DNA from: an uncultured Nitrospinota bacterium
GTDB taxonomy: Bacteria > Tectomicrobia > Entotheonellia > J063 > CAVPRW01
Assembly: GCA_963707985.1 (NCBI GenBank)
Contig: CAVPRW010000005.1
Location: forward strand, 96,001-160,000
Length of the DNA stretch: 64,000 nucleotides
Direction of reading: 5' to 3'
In this document: in pieces, positions 10,769-20,354 of the stretch
How the letters are laid out: every line of letters starts with the position of its first letter
Numbering within the stretch: position 1 is the first letter of the stretch
The notes under the pieces: generated by a model
Database searches by the model: none
Told to the model about the DNA's origin: nothing
The model's input: the letters and a program-made list of their open reading frames with translations, nothing else
Translations under genes and position numbers: made by a program

Positions 10769-10933
10769 CTATTGAGTACACGGGTGTCTCGTCCTGAAAC
10801 CACCTGGTGTATATGGACGCCGAGTCGGGGTATATTGCCGCCCATGCGTTGGATCAAATCTTTTTCGCCGGCCGTCGAGACGGGGAACCATATTCGCGCG
10901 GCCCTCTCTTGCTCGGATGGAGGAGAAACCGCC

Positions 10934-11231
10934 ATGACCTGTTCGTTGAAAGACCTGCGGGCCTTTGCCGTGCGCAATCGCCTGGATGTGACCTTTCATG
11001 TCCACGCCACCGGGGCGGCGTGGATGGTGAATCGCCGTGGTTTGGTGGCACGGCCAACCCTCGGGGAGACGATCGGTAGTGGGGTGGAGGACACCCTGGA
11101 AGCGGCGGATGAGTTTCTGTTGGAGGGCGACAAGCAGCACGAGCCGCCGCCTCAACCGAGAGCAATTCTTTGCGCTGATGGCGGCTCGTGCTGCCGCGGG
11201 TGGTACAGGTCGCGAGCGCGATGACGAGTAA
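10934..11231 (+). CDS. Small hypothetical protein (possible frameshift near 11135)
   Basis: GGAGGAG RBS before ATG 10934; alternative C-termini end at 11224 or 11231. Confidence 0.5.
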
Positions 11232-11255
11232 TACGGCAAGCGCGAAGGAAAACCG

Positions 11256-11284
11256 TTGACAGGTACCTTTAGAGTGCTTACACT
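11256..11284 (+). promoter_or_regulatory. Sigma70-type promoter of tetR operon
   Basis: TTGACA-17 bp-TACACT. Confidence 0.7.
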
Positions 11285-11302
11285 GGACAGTCGCAATTTT
11301 TT

Positions 11303-11316
11303 ACCAAATGTTTGGT
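11303..11316. promoter_or_regulatory. Palindromic putative TetR operator
   Basis: ACCAAA-TG-TTTGGT just downstream of the -10 box. Confidence 0.6.
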
Positions 11317-11423
11317 CAAAAATCGGTAGACAGGAGAGGGGACGGCTTTTGAGCGGTTCCCGACCTTCGTGCACTGTCCTACGCCTGTGGGCGGAAGAAG
11401 GTCGATGACGAGAGGGTGAGCGC

Positions 11424-12005
11424 ATGAGCACGCCTCGAACCAGGGAGATCATCGCGGCTGCGGCCAAATTGTTCAAAGAGAAGGGGTACCACGCCACCAC
11501 GATCCAGGATGTCGCCGATGAAGTGGGCATGCTTAAGGGCAGTCTCTATTACCATATCAAGAGTAAAGAAGAACTGCTCTACCTGGTGACAAAAGAGCCC
11601 ATCCGCGAGCTGATCGAGCGCCAGAAGAAACTCATGGAGTCGGATTGGCCACCGCAGCAAAAGATCCTCGAGTTCATCCGTTTGCATCTGCAGGCGTTCG
11701 ATGAGAATTATCCGCACATGTTTGTCTTTCTCCAGGAGAAGGCAAGTTTATCCGAGCCGGTCCAAGCCGAAGTCGCAGGCATCCATTTTCGCTATGAAGC
11801 GCTGCTCGAGGCTATCCTCCACCAGGGGGTTGATAGCGGGCATTTTCGCCGTGACCTCGACCTGAAAATGATGGCGTTCTCTATTCTGGGAATGTGTAAC
11901 TGGATGTTCAAATGGTACTCCAAAGGAGGTCGACTGACGATTGACGAGATCGGCCACCACATGGCGGAGATTGTCCTCAATGGAATCACCACGCGAATAC
12001 TATAA
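11424..12005 (+). CDS. TetR/AcrR family regulator (KstR2-like)
   Basis: AAAKLFKEKGYHATTIQDVADEVGMLKGSLYYHIKSKEELL; ILGMCNW..KWY. Confidence 0.92.
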   Translation: MSTPRTREIIAAAAKLFKEKGYHATTIQDVADEVGMLKGSLYYHIKSKEELLYLVTKEPIRELIERQKKLMESDWPPQQKILEFIRLHLQAFDENYPHMFVFLQEKASLSEPVQAEVAGIHFRYEALLEAILHQGVDSGHFRRDLDLKMMAFSILGMCNWMFKWYSKGGRLTIDEIGHHMAEIVLNGITTRIL

Positions 12006-12981
12006 AGCCCTCTGTGATGGCCCGCCAATCGAGCTCGCACCGGGGCTGTATCAATTGACCATCCCCCTGCCATTTCGACTGAACCATGTCCATGTCTATC
12101 TCGTGGAAGCTGATGACGGTTTTCTGCTGATCGATACCGGGGTCAATACCTCCGAGGCCTTTTCCAGCTTGACGCGTAAGTTGGACGACATCGGCCTGGA
12201 TTTCCAAGCGATCACGCAGGTGGTCATCACGCATTTCCATAATGACCACTGTGGCCAGGCCGCTCGTATTCGCCACCTGGGGGGTGCGCAGATTATGATG
12301 GGGGATGCCGAGCGTACGATCTGGGAGGGGGTCCAGGCTGGCCTGGACAATCAGCGCGAGGAGCAGTTTCTCCATCACGGCTTGCCACTAGAGCAAGCAC
12401 GAGAGCATGGGGATGTCCTCCCATACCTCAAAAGCCTCGGTACGCCTTTTGACGTTGATCTCCGTATCGATCAAGGGCATATGGTGGTGGCTAAAGGGCG
12501 GCGGTTCGAGGCGTTTGTCACACCAGGTCACACCCCCGGGCACGTCTGCCTCTTTCTGCCTGAAGAGAAGCTCATGTTTTCCGGCGACCATATTTTGCAA
12601 AAGATCACCCCGAACATCGGTTGGCATCCCTACTCTGGACCGGATCCATTGGGGGATTACCTCCAATCGTTGCGGGCGACGTTGGCACTTGGGGCCACAC
12701 GGTTGCTACCCTCGCACGGGCCGATGGTCGAGGAACCCGACACACGCATCCACGCCTTACTTCAGCATCACGATCGCCGGCTGCAGAGCTGTGTTGAGGC
12801 GCTTGGCACGACTCCTCAGACGGCGTATGCGGTGTCGCTGCACGTGTTTGGGACGTCTCTGGATCACTTCGGACGCTGGATGGCGATGGGAGAAACCCTC
12901 TCCCATCTGGAGCACTTAGTCCATCAGGGAGAGGTGGTCAAGGTTGACGACGGGAACTATGTGCAGTATCTACGTGCCTGA
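11980..12981 (+). CDS. MBL-fold metallo-hydrolase
   Basis: THFHNDHCG, TPGHTPGH, SGDHIL, PSHG. Confidence 0.9.
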   Translation: MESPREYYKALCDGPPIELAPGLYQLTIPLPFRLNHVHVYLVEADDGFLLIDTGVNTSEAFSSLTRKLDDIGLDFQAITQVVITHFHNDHCGQAARIRHLGGAQIMMGDAERTIWEGVQAGLDNQREEQFLHHGLPLEQAREHGDVLPYLKSLGTPFDVDLRIDQGHMVVAKGRRFEAFVTPGHTPGHVCLFLPEEKLMFSGDHILQKITPNIGWHPYSGPDPLGDYLQSLRATLALGATRLLPSHGPMVEEPDTRIHALLQHHDRRLQSCVEALGTTPQTAYAVSLHVFGTSLDHFGRWMAMGETLSHLEHLVHQGEVVKVDDGNYVQYLRA

Positions 12982-13090
12982 ACGCCAATGGGCACTGCGA
13001 CATCCTGGCATCAATGCGACGGCGCAGTGAGTCGCCACAGATATCGTCAGCCCGTGGAGATGGGAGGGCGAGGGGGGATCGCCCACCTCG

Positions 13091-13623
13091 CTAGTGGATC
13101 TGTCCGCGAATCTCACCGCCGGGACAAACGGTGGTATGAACGTTGGCATAGGTAAAACCATCGCCGAAACGGATCGCAGTCAGCAACTTATCAAAGGCTC
13201 CGGCGTTGATGCCCTGTGCCGAGGCGCGGGCGATGACGCGGCTGGCATTCAGGGTGCCCGTTACCGTTCCCGAGGGCACCGGACATGCCGGCGTATCTGC
13301 CGGCAAATCTGCCGGCGCAGGATCCAGGTTCGAACATAGGAAGACCACAATCCCACCCTGCTCGAACGGTTTCCCAAAGTGAATATGTGCTTGCGTGACC
13401 GTCCCGAACAAACCGTCGTATGACAGCTCATAGTCGATGGAGGTATCCCCTTCAGCGATCGTCGCGGTGAATGTTCCCTCTCCCCGCTAAAGCAAGTTAG
13501 GACTTCGTTGATTGCGTCTAATGCGGCGAAGTGGGTTTCCTCCGCTAAGCTCAACGTCGAAGCTCCGAGCACGGCCATGAGAGCTAAGGCGGTCATGAAT
13601 ACCATGGGCTTAAGCTGTTTCAT
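13091..13623 (-). CDS. Secreted CHRD-domain protein (frameshift near 13480)
   Basis: Signal peptide in ORF 13261-13623; QAHIHFG, YANVHT and PGGEIRGQI in ORF 13091-13411. Confidence 0.8.
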
Positions 13624-14048
13624 CGCATCTCCTCCTTCAGTGAGTCGCGTTCGTGACCGGTTTCTGCAGCTACTTGTTCCCGTCCTGTTCGCCGACGTCG
13701 GATGAGCCCCCCAGGGTTGCGTGTGACCCCCTCTACCAAGCGTCAGCGTTGTGCGGTGCTACTATCCTTGATTCCCCCTGCCGTAGAGATATTCCCGACC
13801 GCGCCGAATTCGTCAGGCGATTGACCAGGGCGACCAAGCACATCGCGGCTGCATACTATGCTGGCCCCTGGTGACGCGGTGTCGTCGTGTGCGTACGGAC
13901 CGTCCTTGCGGCTGCAGCAACCCGTGATTACAATAGACGTCAGTGGATGTCAATAGTATCACCAACCCTGCTAATGGTGGGGGAAACGATGTCGCCACAT
14001 TTGCAAGGCGAACAACTGCCACTTGCCGAGTGCGCGGATGATCGCAAA

Positions 14049-14852
14049 ATGCCGCGACTGACGCGCCGGGACTTTCTGCTGGGGGGAACGCTGCTGCTGT
14101 GCTGCGGTTGCTCGACCGTGCCCATCACCGGCCGCAGTCAGCTCATGTTGGTGAGCCAGGCAGAGGAGACGGCCCTGGGTGCGCAGGCCTACCGCGAGGT
14201 GCTGCAGAAGGAGCCGATTACCCGCGATCCGCGCTATACCGAGCCAGTGCAGCGCCTGGCGAGACGTCTGGAGGGTGCGGTAAATCGCCCTGACCTGCGC
14301 TGGGAAGTGAGTGTGATTAAAGAAGATAAGACTGTCAACGCCTTTGCCCTACCAGGCGGAAAAATCGGCGTCTACACCGGTATCTTCCCTGTGGCACAGA
14401 CGGAAGCTGGGCTGGCTATCATCATGGGACATGAGCTGGGGCACGTCATTGCTCGCCATGGAGCGGAGCGGATGAGTCAACAGATGGGAGCCCAGCTACT
14501 AGGGACAGCGCTAGCCGTAGGCTTACAGGCGAGTCCATACGCCAATACCATCATGGCGGCCTATGGTCTGGGGGCCCAAGTAGGTGTCCTGTTGCCATAT
14601 AGCCGCCTGCAGGAATCCGAGGCCGATCGCATCGGGCTGGTGTTAGCGGCCAAAGCCGGTTATGACGCGCAGGCGGGCATCGGTGTGTGGCAACGCATGG
14701 CGAAGCTCTCGGGGCGGCGTCCCCCACCGTTTCTGTCGACCCATCCCACACCTGAGAGCCGGATCGAAGATATCAAGCAATTTCTCCCCCAGGCGATGGC
14801 GCAATTCAACTCTCAGGGTGATGACGGCGATACTTCCCTGCCGACAGTCTAA
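14049..14852 (+). CDS. M48 family metallopeptidase, lipoprotein/Tat-like signal
   Basis: TRRDFL, NAFALPGGK, HELGH, QESEADRIG, FLSTHP. Confidence 0.92.
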   Translation: MPRLTRRDFLLGGTLLLCCGCSTVPITGRSQLMLVSQAEETALGAQAYREVLQKEPITRDPRYTEPVQRLARRLEGAVNRPDLRWEVSVIKEDKTVNAFALPGGKIGVYTGIFPVAQTEAGLAIIMGHELGHVIARHGAERMSQQMGAQLLGTALAVGLQASPYANTIMAAYGLGAQVGVLLPYSRLQESEADRIGLVLAAKAGYDAQAGIGVWQRMAKLSGRRPPPFLSTHPTPESRIEDIKQFLPQAMAQFNSQGDDGDTSLPTV

Positions 14853-14923
14853 CAGGACGGAGGCGCGGGTGCTGAGCACGGAAGGAGCATGCATGACTCA
14901 GCCTGCACTTCTCAATACTCGCC

Positions 14924-15937
14924 TTAATGTCCCAGGCGTCGAGGCATGATAGGCTCGATGCCGATGCCAAACCAGCGATAGGCGTAACGCCGGATGGCAC
15001 CGCTCAGTCCGAAGGGCATGAAGAGCATGGTGAGCACCATGATGACCCCGTACACCAGGGCCTGCCATACGTCCAACCCGGCCAGCAATTCGGGCAGGAT
15101 GATCAAGAAGCCGGCCCCCAGGACCGACCCGAGCAGCGAGGCCAGTCCTCCCAGGATGATGATGGTGATGAACTGGATGGACAGAAAAAAGCTGAACTCC
15201 TGCGGATCGAGGAATCCTACCAAAAAGGCGCTGAATGCGCCGGCAAGGCCTGTATACAAGGCGCTGATGGCGAAGGCGATGGTTTTGTACTGGGCTAGAT
15301 GAACGCCCATGGCTTCAGCTGCCCTTTCGTTCTCGCGAATCGCGAGAAAGGCCCGCCCCGTCCGCCCCCGCACCAGATTTCGCGTCAGGATCAGCATGAC
15401 GAAGGTCACGCCTAACAATAGATAGTACTTACGGTAATCTGAATCGAAGCTAAACCCCAGGATCGATGCCGTCGGCACCGACATACCCTCCGAGCCATGC
15501 GTGATGACGGAGAGCTGGAGCAACATTTCTTGCACGATGAGGGTGAATCCGAGTGTGGCCATCGCCAGATAGAGGCCGCTCAGCCGCAGACAGGGCAATC
15601 CCAACAGGTAACCCACGAGCGCGGTGAACAAGGTGGACACGGTGACGCAGATCACGAAGGGCCATTGGAGCGATTCGGCCAGGACCGCCGCGGTGTATGC
15701 GCCGATCGCGAAAAACGCCGCGTGGCCGAGAGAGACCTGCCCTGCATAGCCGGTTAACAGATTCAGGCCGAGCGCCACCAGAATATAGACGAATAGGCGT
15801 GCCCCGATATAGATGACATAGTTGTCCACGAAATTTGGTAGGATCAACAGTGCCATACCCGTCGCCACCAACAGGAGCGCCTGTAGCGCTACGCCCGTTT
15901 TTCGACGGTCCCACGGTCCTTTCAAGGCTTTCCCCAC
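14924..15937 (-). CDS. livM: Branched-chain amino acid ABC permease
   Basis: GLNLLTGYAGQVSLGHAAFF; GRAFLAIRENERAAEAMG. Confidence 0.9.
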   Translation of the reverse strand: MGKALKGPWDRRKTGVALQALLLVATGMALLILPNFVDNYVIYIGARLFVYILVALGLNLLTGYAGQVSLGHAAFFAIGAYTAAVLAESLQWPFVICVTVSTLFTALVGYLLGLPCLRLSGLYLAMATLGFTLIVQEMLLQLSVITHGSEGMSVPTASILGFSFDSDYRKYYLLLGVTFVMLILTRNLVRGRTGRAFLAIRENERAAEAMGVHLAQYKTIAFAISALYTGLAGAFSAFLVGFLDPQEFSFFLSIQFITIIILGGLASLLGSVLGAGFLIILPELLAGLDVWQALVYGVIMVLTMLFMPFGLSGAIRRYAYRWFGIGIEPIMPRRLGH

Positions 15938-15941
15938 CCGT

Positions 15942-16826
15942 TCAAACTTTCTTCATTGCCGCAACGCCAAACAAACCACTAGGTCTGACGATCAACACCA
16001 GAATGAGCAAGATGTAAGTGGACACTTGCTTGATCCCAGCATTGAAAAAATATCCCGAGAGGTTTTCCAGAACGCCCAGCAGCATCCCTCCGATAATGGC
16101 GCCGGGAATACTGCCAAATCCCCCCAGGATCGCCCCTGCAAAGGCTTTGACACCAATGGTGCCAAGGTTGGGGTCCAGATAGATGATCGGCGCGATGAGC
16201 ACACCAGCGATGCCGCCGATCCCGGCACTGATCGCCCAGGTTAGCGAGAAGATCTGCTTGACGCTCACGCCCATGAGCTGGGCGGCGGTCTGGCTTTGCG
16301 CTGTGGCACGCATCGCCATGCCGATCTTGGTCCATTTGAAAAACAGATACAGGGCCAGCATGATGACGATGGAGCACCCAATCACCCCCACGTCCATGAA
16401 GGTGAAGTTGAGGATACCAAGCCGGATGGGATCTTTGGAGAAGATCGTTGGCAGCGGCAGCACATCATAACCATAGACGATGCCCGCGGTCGAGCGCATA
16501 ACCGTCGAAACCCCGATGGTGGCAATGACGATGCTGAAAATGGGGGCGGACATGATCGGACGGACCACCACCCGCTCCAGCACTACCCCCATGACACCCG
16601 ACAGCAGAATGGTGAGCAAGAACACCAACCAGTATGGCATCCCATAACGGATCAGCAGCGTATAGCTGATAAAACCGCTGGCCATGACGAACTCGCCCTG
16701 GGCGAAGTTCACCACGTCGGTGGCCTTATAGATCAAGACAAATCCTAGGGCAACCAGGGCATACACACAGCCGGTCGCCAGTCCGCTCACCACCTGACTG
16801 GCCAAAATCTCTACCATAGGGGGCAA
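15942..16826 (-). CDS. livH: Branched-chain amino acid ABC permease
   Basis: YALVALGFVLIY..VVNFAQGE; GMAMRATAQ. Confidence 0.9.
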   Translation of the reverse strand: MPPMVEILASQVVSGLATGCVYALVALGFVLIYKATDVVNFAQGEFVMASGFISYTLLIRYGMPYWLVFLLTILLSGVMGVVLERVVVRPIMSAPIFSIVIATIGVSTVMRSTAGIVYGYDVLPLPTIFSKDPIRLGILNFTFMDVGVIGCSIVIMLALYLFFKWTKIGMAMRATAQSQTAAQLMGVSVKQIFSLTWAISAGIGGIAGVLIAPIIYLDPNLGTIGVKAFAGAILGGFGSIPGAIIGGMLLGVLENLSGYFFNAGIKQVSTYILLILVLIVRPSGLFGVAAMKKV

Positions 16827-16848
16827 TCTCCACGCCGACGATGCGCTG

Positions 16849-18045
16849 TTAGCGCCGTCCGCCCTCTTCGAGTTCCATCCAGTCGCTCATTTTCACCCAC
16901 CGACCATCTTGCACCACGACGAGACGTGCGGCTCGGCTCATGACTCGGCGGTCATCGCCGCCATAGCTATACTTCAGGCCCCAACCAGGGTCCCAATCTT
17001 TGATCGTGGTGATAGCCTGCAACAACGCCTCACGGGTGAGGTCGCGCCCGGTGCGCTGTATGGCTTCCACGAAGAGCGCAGCTTTCTGATAGCCATAGAG
17101 ATTTGTCATATCCAGGGGCAAGTGTGGAAAATACTTCTGCATATCGTCGCGATACTGATCCAGGAAGGGACCAGGATCGGTCGGCGACGGCCACACTTCG
17201 ACCCCAATGACCTTCTCGACATGCTTGCCGCCCAATTCAATCGTCTTGTCCAGTACGATTGGCGATGGGCCAATGAACAAGGGGTTGTAGCCCATGGCAT
17301 GACACTGCTCCGCCAACCGTGGAGGCTCGCGGTAGACCGCCTGCAGGATAACGGCCTCGGCGCCCGACTCTTTGAGCTTCGCCGCCTGCGAGCTAAAGTC
17401 GATGTCGGCGCGTTTGTAATCCACCTCAGCACTATACTCGAGCCCATAGTGCTTCAGGCGCGCTTTGCCAGCAAGGTGGCCGTCGAGACCGTACTCGTCG
17501 TCCTGATAGAAGCTGGCAATCTTGCTGAGCTTGCGTTCCTTCACGAGGTGATCGACGATCAGCCAGGTTTGATCAGCATAGGTGGCCACATCTCCCACAT
17601 GCCATTTGCCGGAGGTCGCCCAGAGACTGGCCAGGGTGGCGGGGAAGATGTTCGGGACCTTTTGCTCTTCGAGATAGCCCATAATGGCCTTGGTGGTCGG
17701 TGTACCCAGATGTCCCATCATGATAAACACTTTATCGCGTTCGACGAGGCGCTTGGCATTGGCCACCGCTTTCGGCGGTTGATAGACGTGGTCGTAGGTA
17801 ATGAGTTTAATTTTACGGCCGTGGACCCCCCCGGCTTCGTTGATCCGATTAAACAGCGCCTCCATGCCAGCTTTGATATTCACGCCCCAATTCGCCACCG
17901 CCCCGGTCAGATCGACGCCAGCGCCAACGACAATCTCCGTAGCGGTGACCCCGACTTCAGCTGCCCCAGCGGCCCACGGACCGCTCGTGAGGATGAGGAC
18001 TATGAAGGCCGCTAGCACGGCCCAGCCATGGCAAATCGGCTGCAT
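16849..18045 (-). CDS. Liv-type ABC substrate-binding protein
   Basis: Signal peptide, INEAGGVHGRKIKL; operon context. Confidence 0.9.
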   Translation of the reverse strand: MQPICHGWAVLAAFIVLILTSGPWAAGAAEVGVTATEIVVGAGVDLTGAVANWGVNIKAGMEALFNRINEAGGVHGRKIKLITYDHVYQPPKAVANAKRLVERDKVFIMMGHLGTPTTKAIMGYLEEQKVPNIFPATLASLWATSGKWHVGDVATYADQTWLIVDHLVKERKLSKIASFYQDDEYGLDGHLAGKARLKHYGLEYSAEVDYKRADIDFSSQAAKLKESGAEAVILQAVYREPPRLAEQCHAMGYNPLFIGPSPIVLDKTIELGGKHVEKVIGVEVWPSPTDPGPFLDQYRDDMQKYFPHLPLDMTNLYGYQKAALFVEAIQRTGRDLTREALLQAITTIKDWDPGWGLKYSYGGDDRRVMSRAARLVVVQDGRWVKMSDWMELEEGGRR

Positions 18046-18075
18046 TCCAGGCCTCCTTCCGCGCTCGTTATCGCG

Positions 18076-18828
18076 CTAGTACCCTAGATAGAGGCGACGC
18101 ACATGGTCGTTGCGCAGGAGTTGTTGGCTCTCACCTTCCAGGGCAATTTTCCCAGTTTCCAGGACGTAGCCGTAATCGGCAATGGACAACGCTTTGTTGG
18201 CATTTTGCTCGACGAGCAGGACGGTGGCGCCACCTGCTCGGATGTCGTGAATGATGCGGAAAATCTCCTCCACCAATTTGGGCGCCAGCCCCAACGAGGG
18301 CTCGTCGAGGAGAATGAGCCTGGGCCGTGCCATCAGCGCGCGACCAATGGCCAGCATCTGTTGCTCCCCACCGCTCAGGGTGCCCGCGAACTGTGAACGA
18401 CGCTCAGCAAGAATCGAGAAATGCGTGTAGACTCGTTCTAAGCTCTGCTGCACTTCGCCGGGATCACGCCGGGTGAAGGCCCCCATCTTGAGATTTTCCA
18501 GGACGGTCAGTTCGGGAAATAGTTCGCGACCTTCGGGGACGTGGGCAATACCCATGCGGACAACCTGCTCAGCGGGGCGACCGAGGATTGAATGCCCCAT
18601 GAAGTACATACTGCCGTGGGCCGGGGGAACAAGGCCAGAAATTGATTTGAGGGTAGTGGATTTGCCCGCCCCATTGGCCCCGAGAAGGGTGACGATCGAG
18701 CCTTCCGGGACCTCGAAGGAAATCCCTTTGAGCGCCTGAATGTTGCCGTAAAATGTTTCGATCCCTCGCACCGTGAGCAACGGTAGCCGGTGTGCGCCGT
18801 TGGCCTCTGACTCATGGCTGTTCTGCAC
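18076..18828 (-). CDS. livF: ABC ATP-binding protein
   Basis: GANGAGKS, LSGGEQQMLAIGRAL, LDEPSLGLAP. Confidence 0.92.
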   Translation of the reverse strand: MQNSHESEANGAHRLPLLTVRGIETFYGNIQALKGISFEVPEGSIVTLLGANGAGKSTTLKSISGLVPPAHGSMYFMGHSILGRPAEQVVRMGIAHVPEGRELFPELTVLENLKMGAFTRRDPGEVQQSLERVYTHFSILAERRSQFAGTLSGGEQQMLAIGRALMARPRLILLDEPSLGLAPKLVEEIFRIIHDIRAGGATVLLVEQNANKALSIADYGYVLETGKIALEGESQQLLRNDHVRRLYLGY

Positions 18829-19630
18829 CGACAGTTTCTCCCAGATAAGCTTTGATGACCTCCTGGTCGTGTTGCACTTCAAACGGTGTCCCCTCGGCGA
18901 TCTTCTGGCCGAAGTTGAGCACGGTGATGGTATCACAAATACTCATCACCAGGCCCATGTCATGTTCGACCAGCAGGATCGTAAGCTTGAAGCGGTCACG
19001 GATGCTACGCAGTAATTGGGCGAGTTCGTGCGTTTCCGCGGTGTTCAAGCCAGCAGCAGGTTCGTCTAGCAGCAGAAGCGTCGGGTGCAGTCCCAGCGCC
19101 CGCCCAAGTTCCAGGCGCTTCTGCAAGCCCAGCGGGAGATTGCCTGCCGCGTGCCGTTGCAACGTCGCCAGGCCGAGGAAGTCTATAATCTCATGGGCGT
19201 TATCACGCCTCAGGCGCTCTTGCCGGTGGACAAAGGGGAGCGCTAACGCCTCGGCCAGCAGCCCCGTCTGCACCTGGCTGTGCATCGCTACCAGGATATT
19301 GTCGAGGACGCTCATACCACGGAAGAGTTGGACATTCTGAAAGGTACGGGCAATGCCGAGGCAGGCGATTTGGTCGGGGCGAAGGTGGGTGATGAGGCGA
19401 TCTTGAAAGAAGACACCACCATGAGTCGGCTGATAGAAACCTGTCACGCAGTTGAAAATCGTTGTCTTACCAGCGCCGTTGGGGCCGATGAGACCGTGAA
19501 TCTGTCCTGGTTGAACGGCGAAAGTGACACCATCGACGGCGCACAAACCACCAAAGTGAACGGAAATCTCCTCCACGGATAGATGGCTACGTGAAAAATC
19601 AGACGTTTTTATGGGTAGATGCGCGGTCAT
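18812..19630 (-). CDS. livG: ABC ATP-binding protein
   Basis: GPNGAGKT, ARTFQN, LDEPAAGLN, VEHDM. Confidence 0.92.
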   Translation of the reverse strand: MTAHLPIKTSDFSRSHLSVEEISVHFGGLCAVDGVTFAVQPGQIHGLIGPNGAGKTTIFNCVTGFYQPTHGGVFFQDRLITHLRPDQIACLGIARTFQNVQLFRGMSVLDNILVAMHSQVQTGLLAEALALPFVHRQERLRRDNAHEIIDFLGLATLQRHAAGNLPLGLQKRLELGRALGLHPTLLLLDEPAAGLNTAETHELAQLLRSIRDRFKLTILLVEHDMGLVMSICDTITVLNFGQKIAEGTPFEVQHDQEVIKAYLGETVGAEQP

Positions 19631-19640
19631 GGCGAGCCCC

Positions 19641-19949
19641 GGTGTCCATATAGATTCCGAGCTGGTAAATCGTCTTCTGGCGATCCTGTGGGGCGATGGT
19701 ATTGCACCGCTTGAACAGCTCAATACACCGATGTCCAGAGAGCGCCATGGGCTTTGTGTCGGTCGATGCCGGCCTATTGACGTCCGCCTTCATGTCTACC
19801 TGGCCTCACCGAAACTGTGCGATCACACCTCGACGCATGCCCGAATCATACGCCACCACTATGATTGGTTGCAACCACTTTGGCGCGACAGCTAACGGGC
19901 GGTCTAGCCCTTCTGGTGACAGTACCACATCGCGCTCGTTGTACTCCTT
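19641..19949 (-). pseudogene. Tyrosine integrase relic (internally deleted, in-frame stop)
   Basis: Manual translation: NERDVVLSPE..LQPIIVVAYDSGMRRGVIAQFR*GQVDMK..DTK fused directly to MALSGHRCIELFKRCNTI. Confidence 0.75.
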
Positions 19950-20354
19950 CTGAGAGTGTTTGCACAACGATAGATGGGAATCTCTGAAGTCGTTGATCTG
20001 AAATGAAACACATGGGAAAATTCTCTCTGATGTGGCATCAAGCTATTACGCCATTAAAAATCCATGAGTTGCAGAATTTGGGTGTATCGATTTGTGAACA
20101 CTCTCTTGATGAAAGGCTACCGGATCGTTGGAACGGGTGCCGTAGCGTACTCAGCATCAGGACTTGCCCCGCTAGTAGAAGGTCGAGTACACTCGACCTC
20201 ATGAATTTTCCTCGATACGCGCGTAAGTGGTAACCTTACGTGTCATCCAAGGGGGTTTCTCGGTGCCACTTTCAGGTCATCGGCTCCAGTCGTTGGATGG
20301 GCCTGGAAGTGCCGCTCCCGTCGGGGCTGTCATGGTGCATGAGGGGTAAGGCCG

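Noticed and set aside
11272..11280. CIRCE element (GAGTGCTTA)
   Set aside because: Only a half-site, lying in the tetR promoter spacer, with no TTAGCACTC partner.
16909..18015. Long antisense ORFs (also 1420-2016, 26753-27676, 58833-59780)
   Set aside because: Shadow frames opposite well-supported genes in GC-rich DNA; no motifs.
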